From: Camelus ferus | Taxonomy: Eukaryota | DNA: 62,000 bases | Direction of reading: 5' to 3' | Assembly: GCF_009834535.1 (NCBI RefSeq) | Contig: NC_045697.1 | Location: forward strand, 62,001 to 124,000 | Made by a program: the position numbers and the translations under genes | Part shown: positions 38,040-50,381 of the stretch, piece by piece | Numbering within the stretch: position 1 is the stretch's first letter | Layout: every line of letters starts with the position of its first letter | Notes under the pieces: model-generated | Told to the model about the DNA's origin: nothing | The model's input: only the letters and a program-made list of their open reading frames with translations | Database searches by the model: none

Positions 38040-38570
38040 TGTCAGGAGGGGAGGTTCCTCCGACCCCCTTGAGTTCTTGCGGCTGGACTAATAGTAAAAC
38101 TGACAGAAGACAGATTGATAGGAAACAGATTTAATTCACAAGCACAGAGGTCTCATAGAAATGGGATCTAAGAAGTGGGCGAAGTAGGCAGTTTTTATAC
38201 CTTTTTTTTAGACAAAGAAACAATAAATTTGAGAGAAGTTGACAGAACAAGGAAATTTAGGTTTGATAGCTTATAGTAAGGAATTTAAGCAAAATTTGGG
38301 TTTGGGTAATAAATAAGTAAAATAAATAACAAGATTTGTTTTCACAGGCTTCTTGGTCCTAATTTCTCTATCTCTGTAGATAAGGGTGCCTTTCTACCTC
38401 CTGTATAGGGAGGGCACCTTTCCATGGGAGACTTATTTCCTGCTTTCAGGGAGACAGAGAGGAGGGTCAAAGTGTCCCTCCTGCATGGGCCATTTCTTAA
38501 GGAAATTTAATTCTAAATAATCATCATGCTATTGAAGCACATTTGGGTGGCCTGCCCTGGGTCCCAAACA
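38040..38570 (-). mobile_element. Solo ERV LTR (family A here)
   Basis: TG...CA ends; TATA-like and ATTAAA on -; aligns along its length with 40768-41282. Confidence 0.8.
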
Positions 38571-38638
38571 AGGTCTTAGCAAGAACACTTGGATCACTTG
38601 CAGAGGGTTTAGAGAGCGAGAAACAAAACCATTATTAA

Positions 38639-39096
38639 TGTCAACTGAAATTTTAAAATGCACAACATAAGATTTTCAGCTTTATTCGGGGACTTTATTG
38701 AGGATGATAGCTCAAGAGACAGCGTGCCAGTAGCTCTGAGGAACTGCTCCGAAGAGGTAGGGGAGGAGTCAGACTATGAGAATTTGGGGCTGGGAAATAC
38801 ATGTGTTAAGCATATATTTTGGTAAAAGATTACTGCTAATCACCAAAAAACCCAAATATCTCAAAATAATGATTTTAGTGCTTATCTATGTGCGGGAAGA
38901 TGCAAGAATCTGAGGTCATTGAAATTCTTCCTACACATCTTAACTGTCTAGGGGCCCATCTATCCAAAATACAGAACGCTTCATCCTGTTTTTCCCACCC
39001 TGAATTCCTTTTGGGGTGTAATGTAGGTCAGTGGCTGCAGTGGCTAAAGACTTGGTCCTTGCTGAATAGATGGAAGGCAACATTCTTTGTTTTACA
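38639..39096 (-). mobile_element. Solo ERV LTR (family B here)
   Basis: TG...CA ends, flanks TTAA/TTAG, AATAAA on - at about 38681; homologous to 41388-41788. Confidence 0.8.
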
Positions 39097-39627
39097 TTAG
39101 TCGCAGATGATATTGGAAATAGACAGATTATTAAAACTGAAAAGAAAAGTTTGCATGCTGTTGGATACAAAATTAGTATACCAGGTCAGTAATAGTCTTT
39201 AAACTGGCAACAGCCAAATAAAAAATAAAAACTTTTAAAAGACAACATTTACAATAGCCACAAAAACTAAAATACATCTCAGGGAAAAATCTTAACAAAA
39301 GTCATGCAAGATGCAAGACAATTACAGAGAAAAGTATTAAGCTTTGTTGAAAAATGTAAGACCCAAAAGAGAGAAGTAGACCTATTCAAAATTAACAGGA
39401 CAGCATTATCCCCAAAGGAGCCTGCAGACTCAGTGTGATTCCAACCTGCATCCTGGCTAGGTTCTGCAGGGCACATGACCATCTTGTCTAAAATGCACGT
39501 GGACAGGGCCAAGAGCAAAATTTTAAAGGAGGATATTGGACATGCCAATCAGTAAAAAAAAAAAAAAAAAAAAAAAGAGTAACATAGGAGGAAATTTGTG
39601 TAAATGCAGACGATTAGTGTATGTGAG

Positions 39628-39865
39628 TGTTAGGGAGGAGAAAATTTTCCTGCCTTCTAGGTTCTTCCAGCTGATCTGAGAATTAAATTGACATGAGGCA
39701 GATTGACAGGAGACACTCTTAACAAACGGAAACGTTTCTCACAAAAGGGTAATTCCTATTTGGTTTTCAAAATTTTTCCCATATCCACTATTTCTTAGAA
39801 AATAGCTAGCTTGAAATAATATGCCCAAGAGACACATTTTGGGGTGGCAAATTTGCTCCCCTACC
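39628..39865 (-). mobile_element. Short or internally deleted solo LTR (family A-related)
   Basis: 4-bp TSD TGAG at 39624-39627 and 39866-39869; termini resemble family A. Confidence 0.75.
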
Positions 39866-40059
39866 TGAGTGATGATGTTATAACCACTTAAAAATAACAG
39901 ATTTAATAAAGGCACTGAAATAATTGGCTTAACATGATAAAAAAGAAAAAGTGCAAGAAAAGTTAGCTCTTCATACAATAAAGATAAAGTGATACAGGAG
40001 ATGGATGGTTGGGTGAGTGACAGATAGGCGTGCACACACATGATGACAGATTGAACATG

Positions 40060-40682
40060 TGACAGTGTCGGGGAGAGTAGCTCAAAGGGAGGAAATGGTG
40101 CGTGTGCTGAGCATGCACAAGGTCCTGGGATCAATCCCCAGGACCTCCTCTATAAATAAATAAATAAACCGAATTGCCTCCCCCAACCCCACCCCCCACC
40201 CCGAAAAATGAAAGTGTAACAGCGTGATCACAGTTCAGCATACAAAAGTGGAGTCAGGCAGTCACTGAAGACCTGGTCTCAGACATGTCCCTGCACCACA
40301 GAAAACTTGCATTTTCTCTGAACTCAAGGACACCACCAGCTGTTCTCAAAACAATATTTGCTAACTGCTGCCAGCTGCAACCTTATGGTCTCAAGGTCTC
40401 CCTTATAACTATGGGACTATTTCAACCCCAACTGATCCTTATTTAAAAAACACCCTCACGTGCTGCCAGCTCCAGTCTTAATTCTTGATAAACTACTCAT
40501 GTAACTTAACTGTAACCTTGCAGACTTGGCCTTCGCACACCTCCCTATCTTTGAGGTCTGGCAGAACACAGTTCAAGGGATTCTCAAATCTGTGTCTCCT
40601 GGGCTACAGTCCTAACAAACCCCAAATAAATGCTTTTTATTTTAATCAGGTCTCATCTCAGTTTCTAGAATTTTGATTAACA
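40060..40682 (+). mobile_element. Solo ERV LTR (family C-related) containing a SINE
   Basis: TSD CATG at 40056-40059 and 40683-40686; TG...CA ends; AATAAA at about 40625. Confidence 0.7.
40069..40208 (+). mobile_element. Camelid vic-1-type SINE inserted in an LTR
   Basis: ggggagagtagctcaa...gcatgcacaaggtcctgggatcaatccccagg, (TAAA)n tail; flanking TGA(C/A)AGTGT at 40060-40068 and 40209-40217. Confidence 0.85.
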
Positions 40683-40767
40683 CATGTATACGTAATAATA
40701 AAGGATAAAGTGAGATCTCTACCTTACATGATAAATAAAGATAAATTCCCAGATGGATTAAAGGCCT

Positions 40768-41282
40768 TGCTGGGGAGGACAGAATTCAACCCCTGCCCAT
40801 ATTGAGTTCTTGTCGGTAGACTAATAATAAAATTGGCAAAAGACAGATTAACAAGAGAAAAGGAAACGAAATTCAAAAATTCTCACAGAAATAAGACCTA
40901 CGTACTAGCCAAAGCAGGCATCAGACATTAAGGGTAACATGCAGTCGCTGACCTACATAAATTGGTGAGGAATTGACAGAACAAAGAAGCTTAGGTTTGA
41001 GAGCTCAGTTAGAGAAGAATGTAAACAGAGTTTGGGCTTAGGGTAGTAAACGTAAAAAGTGACGAGGTTTGGTTACACAGGCATCCCAGCCCTAGTTCCC
41101 TGTCTACCTTCAGGCCCAGAGAAGGTGCCTTTCACGTGAGAGGCTTATTTCCTGATTTCAGGGAGCAGAGAGAAGGCTCAAAGTGTCCCTCTCACATTGA
41201 CAGTTTCTTCAGGAACCTTAATTCAAAACAGTCAATATGCCATCAAGGTACGTTCTGGGGCAGCCTACCCTGAGCCCCAACA
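40768..41282 (-). mobile_element. Solo ERV LTR (family A here)
   Basis: TG...CA ends; flanks GCCT/ACCT split the L1 phrase gattaaag-acct-aaat. Confidence 0.8.
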
Positions 41283-41387
41283 ACCTAAATATAAAAGCAA
41301 AACGACAAAATCTTTACAAGAAAAGGAAAAATATCTTCAAAACATCAGGATAGGGAGAATTCCTTAAGCGAGAAACAGGGAGACAAG

Positions 41388-41788
41388 TGTCAACTTTAAA
41401 ATGCACAACAAACACGCTGAGTTTAAGTTTTACTCAAGGCCCTGCTGAGATCTGCAGCCCAGAGGCAGCGGCTCAGCGGCTCCGAGAGTCTGCTCCCAAG
41501 AGGCCGCGGAGAAGCCTGGTTTATGTGCGATCTCCGGCTGGGGAGCAGGTGCAGTCAAGGGCACGTCCTGGTAAAATATTACTGCCTTTCACAAAGGACC
41601 CATCTCTTGCGGTCAAGATTTCAGTGCTTTTCCATACACGGGAAGACACAAGAGCCTGGCTTCATTAAAATTATTCCTGACCTGTGCATCTAACTCTCTA
41701 GGGGCCAGGTTTCCTCCTGAGTCCCCTCAGGGTCTACTGCCTGTCAGCACCACCTCGGCAGACGGCTTAATCCTTGTTTTCTGTATCA
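41388..41788 (-). mobile_element. Solo ERV LTR (family B here)
   Basis: TG...CA ends with perfect TSD CAAG at 41384-41387 and 41789-41792. Confidence 0.8.
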
Positions 41789-42437
41789 CAAGCCAGAAAG
41801 GAAAGGATTAATACGTGCGATTTACTTTTTGACAAACAGATGGAAGACAACTCCACTCCGTGATGAGACACTCCCGGAGAAGCAGACCCAGGGTAGGTGT
41901 CATGAACTCCTAGAAGTCAACAGGTGGAAAGACCAGCACCTGTTTTTGACGCTGGGGAGAAAGAAAGCTGAAGTTGCTGAGCAGTCGGCACCTCACTGGA
42001 CAGCCCTGAGATGCTGCTTCCCAGCCAGCAGCCGGAGGAAAAAGTGAGGTGGTTTCTGAGGGAGCTGAGGAAGATGGCCCTAATTTGCCAGGGTGGCAAG
42101 TCGTGCTGATCCCCATCGGGGAACCTCAGGGTGACGCTTCCTGCAGCTCCTGGCAGAGCTGAAATGCCACACCCCACATCATACCTGGGCTTGGGGCCCA
42201 GAGAGTCCTACCTGGGAACAAGACAGGTAGGGGTTTTGTTCAAGACTCAACATGACGGTGGAAAAGGAAATGACCTAGGGCTGGCCGTGGGGAAACGCTA
42301 ACTGAGCGGAGGGCAGCTGCCTGAGCACACCGGTTAGAACGGGAGAACCAGGGTTCCAGGAAGCACCACCGACAAACCTCAGAGACACAGTGCTGAGACT
42401 GACACAGTACAAGCGATATTATAACTTACGAAACATG

Positions 42438-43374
42438 TGTATGACCAGAATGTGTCTCTCAGATATATTTTGTCTTCATGCACAGTTCCTGACTCACAGT
42501 TCCCAAAACTCTTGGAATTTTCCTACCGGTAAGAGGGATGGGCGCTCATTTTGTTACAATGTTTGGTCTCTCGTCTTCAGTTTCTGAAAGTCCTTTCCGG
42601 GCCACAAAGGTGAAATAGCTGTCTTGTTCCCTGTAACAAGCCCTCTCCATCACTGTTGGGTTTATGCTAATGAGCTGACTTTTGGACCCCACCCCCAGGG
42701 TGGGGGCTGGTTGCAGGAGAACTAGCCATGTGATCAGAGGTTTGGAACTTTCAGTCCCATTGCCCCCACCCCACACCCCTATTTCTGGGGAGGGGGGACG
42801 CTGAGGTTCAGTCAGTCACTACTGGCCAACGACTCAGTCAATCGTGAGTGTGTAATGAAGCCTCCATAACCGCCCGTCCCCACCCCTTCCCCTCAAAAAA
42901 AGCACTGTTTGGTCCTTTTTGGAGAGTTTCCATGTCAGGGAACCAGAGAGTTTTTATGTGCCACCGTGCTGGCCCCCAGCTCCATGAGGACAGAGGCTTC
43001 CTTGTTCGGGACCTCACCCTGTGTATCTCTTCATCTGGTTGTCGATCCGTATCCGTTAATGCCCTTGAATAATAAATTGGTGATCTAGTGAGTCAACACC
43101 AGGTTTTCCAGAGTTCCGTCAGCCGTTCTAGCAAATTAGTGGAACGACCCCAGGGGACCGTGGGAACCTCTGATTTGTAGCCAGTCGGTCAAGCACAGGT
43201 GACTGGACTTGCAGTGGTATCTGAGGTGGAGTTGCAACAGAATCTGAGTCTATGCCAGGTTGGTAGTGGGGAGTTGAGCTGGATTCTCGGACACCCAGCT
43301 GGCTTGAGAGTTGCTCAGTGGTGTGGAGAAGCCTCCACCCACACTCGCTGAATTGGGTCCAGGAACCCTTCTCA
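42438..43374 (+). mobile_element. MER21-like LTR
   Basis: gggggctggttgc..gaactagccatgtgatcagaggtttggaactttcag and gtgggaacctctgatttgtagccagtcggtc are MER21-type text; AATAAA at about 43071. Confidence 0.75.
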
Positions 43375-45401
43375 GTAGACACCACTATGTGAAGTTTACA
43401 AAGATACAAAACAATACTGTACAACATGCAGGACACAAGCTTCTGTGGTCGAAGCACAAAAAACACCTCCAGGAGTGACCTGCAACCAAGTGGAGGTGGG
43501 CGTGACCCAGAGCATGAGGGGAGTTTCTGGAACCTCGTATGTTTAAAGGAAGAAGAGAAATGGGGACCAAAACAGAGAATGACACCATAAACCGCGAGGG
43601 TTTTGTGTTACTTTTTATGGCGGTGCAAACTGAATCTCGAGGGTGGGTGTGCGTGTCTTACATTACGTTGCAATTTATCATGGTTACTGCTTTTCCTGAT
43701 CAAAATAGAGGCCACGTGCAGGGAAGCGACCTGCCTAAGTCAGACTGGTCAGCAGCAGCTCCCCACAAGCAGCTGTCGAGTCTTTGAAGTGTGGCTTGTC
43801 CAGGTTGAGATGTGCCTCACACATAAATACAACCAGATCTCTGCACTTAGTACAATAAAAAGCATGTAGAAATCTCTTTACTCTACAGCCTCCCAAGAGT
43901 GAGCACAAGCTCTTGAATTAGGGCACGTGGCAGGGTGTGGGGCACCCTCGGTCCCTGGCATCTGCCCCAGTTGGTATTTGTTGAACAAAAACTGAAATGA
44001 ATTAGTAGATGCTGACTTGAAGGGCTTGGGGACCAGCCTAGGGATGGAGCCACTCAACCAAGAAGACAGAGGTGTTGAGTTTTGAGAAAAGGCTGACTTT
44101 TGGGTCCAGACAACCCTGAAGGGGCAGTGAGCAGGCAGTAGGCAGAAAGCACAGAGGTCTGGAGGGAGATGGAGGTTGTCCCACTGTCCACTCCACACCT
44201 GGGCCCACAAATGACACTTAGAACAGAACCTTGGTCCTGCTTGTGCCTAGAACAAGGCAAGGGGCCCTGGCACCAAGAAGGACTGCGCTCAGGCCCTGCT
44301 CCCCCCACACCAGCCCCAACCTAGGCCCACGGCATGGCCCGAAACTTCAGTTCTTTCTCCCACCTGTAAAGTGACTGTTTTCCAGGATTAATGGAGGCAG
44401 TGACCCAAAGTGCTGGACACACAGGGCCTGGCCCACAATGAGCCCTCACAACACATTAGCCATGGATCAGGTGACCCCTGAGCCAACAAAGAGACAGTGG
44501 TGTGCAAGGGACCCTGGAGCTGGGCGCAGGCTCTAGAAAGTCTGGGTGGGTAGGCAGCAGAGGGCGTGACCTCTGGCAGCCCCCAGGGAACGGGGTGGGG
44601 ACAGCAAGAGGCAGGGAGGCCAGGCGGGGCAGAGCTCCCAGGCACAGGCAGCTCCACAGGGGCAGCGAGCTTCAGCGTGGGAGAAGTGAAGCCCAGCATT
44701 TTAGGAAAGAGAGCCTGAGTTACACCCAAAGGAGAAGCAGCTCCCCCGGTGGGCGTGCTGGACGGAGCAGGAGGCCCTGCCGCCAAGGGCCTGCCCAACA
44801 GACGGTCCTGCAGATGGGTATGCGAGGGGCTCCCAGCAAATTCAGTGTCCCAGCAGGGCCAGTTCACAGGGGTGGGCACAGGGTCCGGGGTGGGCACACA
44901 CGAGGGGAACCGAGGCCGAGACATGGAAGAACAGGTGGAAATAAAGCCGCTAAAATGAGTGAGGCAGAGGCCCAGTCTCCGTGCTGTGGTTTTGGGGAAG
45001 GCCCGAGGGGTCCTGACGGAGGAGCAGATCCTGGTCAGAGCAGTTGGGGGCCGGTCACCTGCAGAGTCAAGCCTCCCAGCTGAACCCGGAGCCCTGGCAC
45101 CAACACCGCTCATGCCCAATCAGCCAGGAAGAGAAGAGTGACCTGTTCACAGCGACTGGGCCTGTTTTCTGAAAATGTCTGCAAATAAGACAACTACAAC
45201 TTATTTTCAGAAAACTTTTTCCCTTCAGTAATTAGTTTTAATGTTTCTGGTTTGTTAGAATACTGATCTGACAGATGACCTGGCTCCAAGTCTTTATGCC
45301 TCCCACGCAGCCCTGGCCAGGGAAGGGATACCGGCCCTAGGGGTCCTCAGCTGCTTCCCTGGGTGGGAAGGAGTCAGCAGACCGCGAACCTCCACGAGTT
45401 C

Positions 45402-45722
45402 TGTACAGGGTTCAGTGTTGTTCAGTACTGTCCCTCCAAATTCTTGTTTTCTCAGGACATGGCCTCATTTGGAAATCAGGTCTTTGCAGATCACTCTGGA
45501 CTACAGTGGACTTAAAGCCAGCAGGTGTCCACAGCCACCAGAAGCCTGTAGGGAGTCTCCCTTGGAGCTTCCAGAAGGAACCACCCACGCCCACGCCCAC
45601 GCCCACGCCCACACCCCGACCTCGGGCTTCTGGCCTCCAGACCGTGAGAGAGTAAAAACTGGCTGTTTTAAGCCATACAATTTCTGGTGCTTTGTGACAG
45701 CAGTCACAGGAAATGAGTCCAC
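45402..45722 (+). mobile_element. MaLR MLT1-type LTR
   Basis: ccctccaaattc..tttggaaatcaggtctttgcaga...ttctggcctccagaccgtgagaga..tgttttaagcca..tttgtgacagcag. Confidence 0.8.
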
Positions 45723-46967
45723 ACTCCTAAAACGTCCAGGCCCTGAGATGGTCCAGGCCCATATCCTGGTGGCCCTTCCCCTCCTCCGGTCTCATCAACA
45801 CAGGCAGATTCACTTTCCCGCCACCTAGTGTGTCCAGGAAGCACACCAGCCTCAGTCACCCACCTGTTTATTCTCGGGGCCCCCACACGGGAGCCCCTTG
45901 TCAATTTGCCCCCAGCCCCCTGTGGCTCACAGAGAAGGGCCAGGTCCACGAGGTTCTACTTTCATTCAGAAAAAGGGCAGCTCTTGAAAGTTCCTGAGTG
46001 GGACAGCATGATCTGACCCATGTGTATAAAGAGTGGAGGTGAAGGCATGGACCAGGCTTCAGGGACAGGAACAGCATAGGCACCACAGCAGGGGCACGAG
46101 GCCGAGCCCAGGCCTGGGCAACAGCGAGCAAGGCCATCCAGGTGCTGCGGGAGGACCAGAGTGGCCAGAACTGCTGGTCTGCCCGGCCTCCTGCCCTCGG
46201 TGTATCCCAGGTGGCCACGGCCACACATCACGGGACCAGGGAGAGAGAACACAAGATTGCTTTGCGGAACCACCAGGTTTTCTCCCATCAGTCACCCTAA
46301 GAAGTGCTTAGAATTCAGGTTGGGGGTGTCATGATATTTGTGCACTATCTTCCCAAGTTAAGTTTTCTTTTTCCATTTTGGTGGGTTTTTTCTCTGTCAA
46401 TTACTGGGCTGAAAAGCAGCAAATTAAGGAAAGACATTGGATCACCTAGAAAGTAAACCAATGGACAATAGGCTGGCTGCTGCCTCTGTTTCATATAAAA
46501 ATAGGTATACAAGTTTATAGAGTTTATACTTACTTATATGCCAGGATTCATTTACTTAGGGTTTCTCACTTATTAATTTTCTTCCATATCCTGGTGAGAA
46601 AACAGTGCTTGGGGCAGTGGTAACCTTGAGGGCACTGCTGGACAACGTGGCTCAGAGCGGGAGCTGGGCCCGGAGGCCGCCCAGAGGTCAGCACCAACCA
46701 AGCCGCAGCAGTGTGTGCCCGGCCCCCCCAGCCACCCTGACCCCAGCAGCTCTGAAGTGGCTTGCTGTGAGGGGCCGGCCTCTGGGTAAGGAGTTGTCCC
46801 ACCAGCCTGCCCCACCCCACCTGGATGGACAGGGTTGCGGGCCTATGTGCTGCTGAGCATCCGCAACAAGTTACCTCCAGGGATTGCTCCCTCGTGCATG
46901 CTCTACTGGCCTGTGGCCGGGGGTGCATGGGGGATGCTGGCCTGGCCCTCAGACTCCGCCAGGAGGC

Positions 46968-47178
46968 TGTGTGTGTATGTGTGTCCCTGCACGTGTGTGT
47001 GTGTTTGCAAATACGTGTATGTGGGGGAGTGTAAAAGCTCACCTGCATGTTCACACGTGTGCATTTGCGTTTGTGTGCATTCCTATGTGCACATGCACTC
47101 ACTGTGCTGCCATGTGTGTGCATGTGTCACACATACCTGTGTGCACGTGTGTGCAGCCATATGTGTGTATGCACGTAC
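46968..47178 (+). repeat. Degenerate (TG/CA)n alternating purine-pyrimidine tract
   Basis: Directly visible. Confidence 0.85.
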
Positions 47179-50126
47179 CTTAGAGGTTTCTATCTGCACG
47201 GCGTCATGACACCAGCCAGGAGTAAAAACGTTGATCGCCAACAGTTCGATCTTTACTACAAACACCGTCTGACTGATTTTTTAAATTAAATGATTGTTTA
47301 ATTGAATATCAGTCAAAAATTCAGTTGTGTGTTCAAATTTGTGTTGAAAGGGCAGAGCAGCCCCTCTGGCTAAGGAAGGCTTGTACACCCAGGCACCTGA
47401 GACCTGGGAGTGTTCGTACATCAATCTTCAGAAAACACAGCTCGTTTGGCGACTGTGTGATTGGGCGAGGAGCTGTCCCACCAGCCTGCGTCATCCGCAC
47501 TGTGTTCACTAAATTATTCCCTGAGAGGTAAACAAGCTTTGTGTTTAGCACAAACTCAGCAGCAGGCCATGTGGAAATGCTACAGTGTGTTGACTTTCGG
47601 TGTCTCATCATGACGTAAACTCTCGGTCTGGCCTCCGCCAAGCCAAGACTTTATTATTATTGTGGGATGTAGGATGAAACCTATTTTAAGAAAGCTCCAA
47701 GAACTAGCATTATTTTCCCAGAAGCATACAGAATCAATTCTAATGACTAACTTAAACTTCCAAAAAGTAGAATAAATGTGAATAAGAAGCGCTTGTGAGT
47801 TGGCCACCCTTCAAGGAACTTGACTCGGCCACAAGGAATTTCGTCCCAATAAGAAGGAAGCTTAGTGGTTTTGAGATTCTCCACTTGTTTCCCTGAGTAC
47901 TGATCTCTGAGACAATCTGAGTTTAGGGATATTTGATATTTTATTTCTTCTAGTAAACTTTAAAAAATAGAGCTCTGGTATTCCACATCTTTGTATCAGC
48001 CTCTATAAAGTGGGGTTAACAATATTCATGGAGTTAGAAACACATATTTTGAAAGCCCCATCTAGTTTCATGGTCATGTATAAATGATAGGGGAAACGCA
48101 GCTGTCTGTGCCCCACTGATGCTCCCTGCCATCTTACCCCATCCTGCCTTCTCTTCCATCCCAAGGAAAGTCTGCAGCTTTGGAGAGATCACTGATTTTG
48201 TTTGCAAATTTGAAAGAATCTTAAGATATCTAACATTTTAAGCTATACAAACTGTGTAAGATGGAACACCTCAGAAAACAGGAAGGCTGTGGGAAGGTCT
48301 GAGGTCTTATGTCTATGCTGCCCAAGTATTTGCTCTGTCCTCACAGCTTCTGACCAGCAACCTTCTACCGGAGCCCACTGGCAGCCTACACGCAGGCCTG
48401 GCCACCACCTCTGTGTAGCTCTGGGAGGTCAGCCTTGCAGCGGCCGTGGGAGGTCTCTGCTCCAGGAGTCTGGAAGAGCCCTGCTCAGGAAGCAGGAGAT
48501 GCCTGGCAATGCCTTGCTGACTTAATCTAGGTGGATGGGGAGAAGTCCTTCTGCTGCCACTTACCACGTTTTCTGCTTCGGTTGGTAGCCAGTGGGCTGG
48601 GGGTTGTGGGGGCAGGAGAGGAGCCCTAATGTCCCAGTATCTGAAGAGGGCTGTTGATGAGAACCCAACAGACTGGCCATGAATGATTCTTTTTCCTCTG
48701 ATGGCTTCAGCATAACAGGAGAAGCCATTGCTCATGGGCTCTGTGATCAGAATTTCCAGTTCTCTTAGGAATTGTCCAACATCCATGCAACATGTTTGCA
48801 CCTCCACCTCCACTGAATTGTGACAGGTCTCCACTTCTCTGCTTGGAAAGGGGGCCGCCTCTCTGGCAGCCTCTGCTACAGCTGGGCGGCCCAGCCAGGT
48901 CTCGGCTGAGTGGGGCCTTGGTCACCTGGGTCCGGGGAACTCTGCTTTGGGTAGGATACCTGGGAGCTGAGGTCTCACCCTAGAGCCTGCTCCTGGAAAT
49001 CATGCCTCCAATGCTAAATCTGGCTACTTTTTCACAATAAGAAGTGGACCCCAATAGTCTCTGAAAATATTACACAGTTATTTCTTTAGCTTTTCTCACC
49101 TCAAGTGTTTTGTGTTGTGTTCACTCTACCAGAGCACTGGGTGTGTCTCCAACTCCTGCTGGAGGCACATACCATGGGGGCCAAGGTGGGGCTCTACTTA
49201 GAGCACGTTCAGAATTAGCAGAATACCTGCCTGGTGCCACAATTCCAACACATGAGAGTTGGATCACCTGTTCCCAGGAGTCAGAGCCTGCATGGCTCCC
49301 AGCCAGCCCACAAGACTGGATGGAAATCCGCTTCATCGTCATTTGGAACGCATTTCATATTGTGTGTGTAAAGATGAACACGTGTGTATCCTAATGATTT
49401 TAAAGTATGACCTTCGCATCAATTAAGGCTACTTAAGGGGTATATTTCAAGGGAAATGCTATAATATTCAAAATTACCAGATGAATGAATTAATCAACAG
49501 GAAAATAATCTTTGCCAAAAAAGTATGACTGCGATTTTCCAAAATAGGACTGGATTGTTCATATGTATTAACCAAAATAAGCTCAGCTTTGCAGTAAAAA
49601 TCCCACCGCCAGTTTCCAAAAAAAGAAATGTCTGGGACCTGGTATACACACAGAAAGTTAGCCTCAGAAAGAGGTTGGATTTAGTCAACCAGCGAGCAGA
49701 ATACAGCTGTTCAAACTCAACATTTGTCTGACCAAATTAAACCATTCTCCCCAAACTGATTTGTGTGTAGACATCCTCTAACCCTAATTTGATGAATATT
49801 TCCAATAACATAGCAATTAATTTAATAAAGGAACTCACCAATTTTAAATTGCAATAAATTTACCAAACATGTTCACCGTTTATGGAGAGCTTTACAGTAA
49901 GAAAGTACCAACAAGAGCAGGCACATCCGTGTACAAAGTGGTGCTGTTGCTGCGCTTCCACCTCCTTCCCGAAGTACCAGCTGCTTTGCCGTTCTGTCCT
50001 CTCAGCGAGGGTTCCTCCCGCTGCAGAATCACGCTCGCAGGGTGAGCTCCCACCCGGGGCCTCAGAGGGCGCCCGGAACTGACTTGCCAAAGAGAAGTGC
50101 GGTGGGGGCGAGCCAACCCCAAAACA

Positions 50127-50132
50127 TTTATT
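50127..50132 (-). terminator. Candidate proximal TMEM271 poly(A) signal
   Basis: TTTATT on + (AATAAA on -) about 250 nt after the stop; more distal AT-rich sites near 49820 are also possible. Confidence 0.4.
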
Positions 50133-50381
50133 GTAAACTTTAAAATGGAATCCGGATATGAACAGACACAGAAAAGAAGAGAAACCTCCCAGACACAGAA
50201 ATGATAATACTGGAGGACCAGTCTGGTGGCGGGGAGCCCTCCGAGGCGCTGGGCCAGACTGCCCCGGAAGATGCAACGCCACAGAGCGGCCTGGCTTTGC
50301 GCCCCGCGAGGCCCTGTCCTCCCTCGCTGCGGGGGCCGGGTAGGGAGGCGGGCTTGGTCAGTTCGTATCGGCCCGGAGAGC

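Larger units (their letters stand above)
37380..41830 (+). mobile_element. Old L1 ORF2 remnant hosting multiple LTR insertions
   Basis: Collinear pieces: atgtcaattgat..aattcaataccca (~37815), aggtcttagcaag (38571), gtcgcagatgatat (~39100), agatggattaaagg (~40751), cctaaatataaaagc (41284). Confidence 0.7.

Noticed and set aside
37426..41788. Apparent tandem segmental duplication (repeated LTR order)
   Set aside because: Host L1 fragments are collinear and not repeated, and the TSDs differ between copies.
47222..47256. Imperfect inverted repeat GTAAA...GATCG/CGATC-TTTAC
   Set aside because: Too short and bulged to support a structured RNA call.
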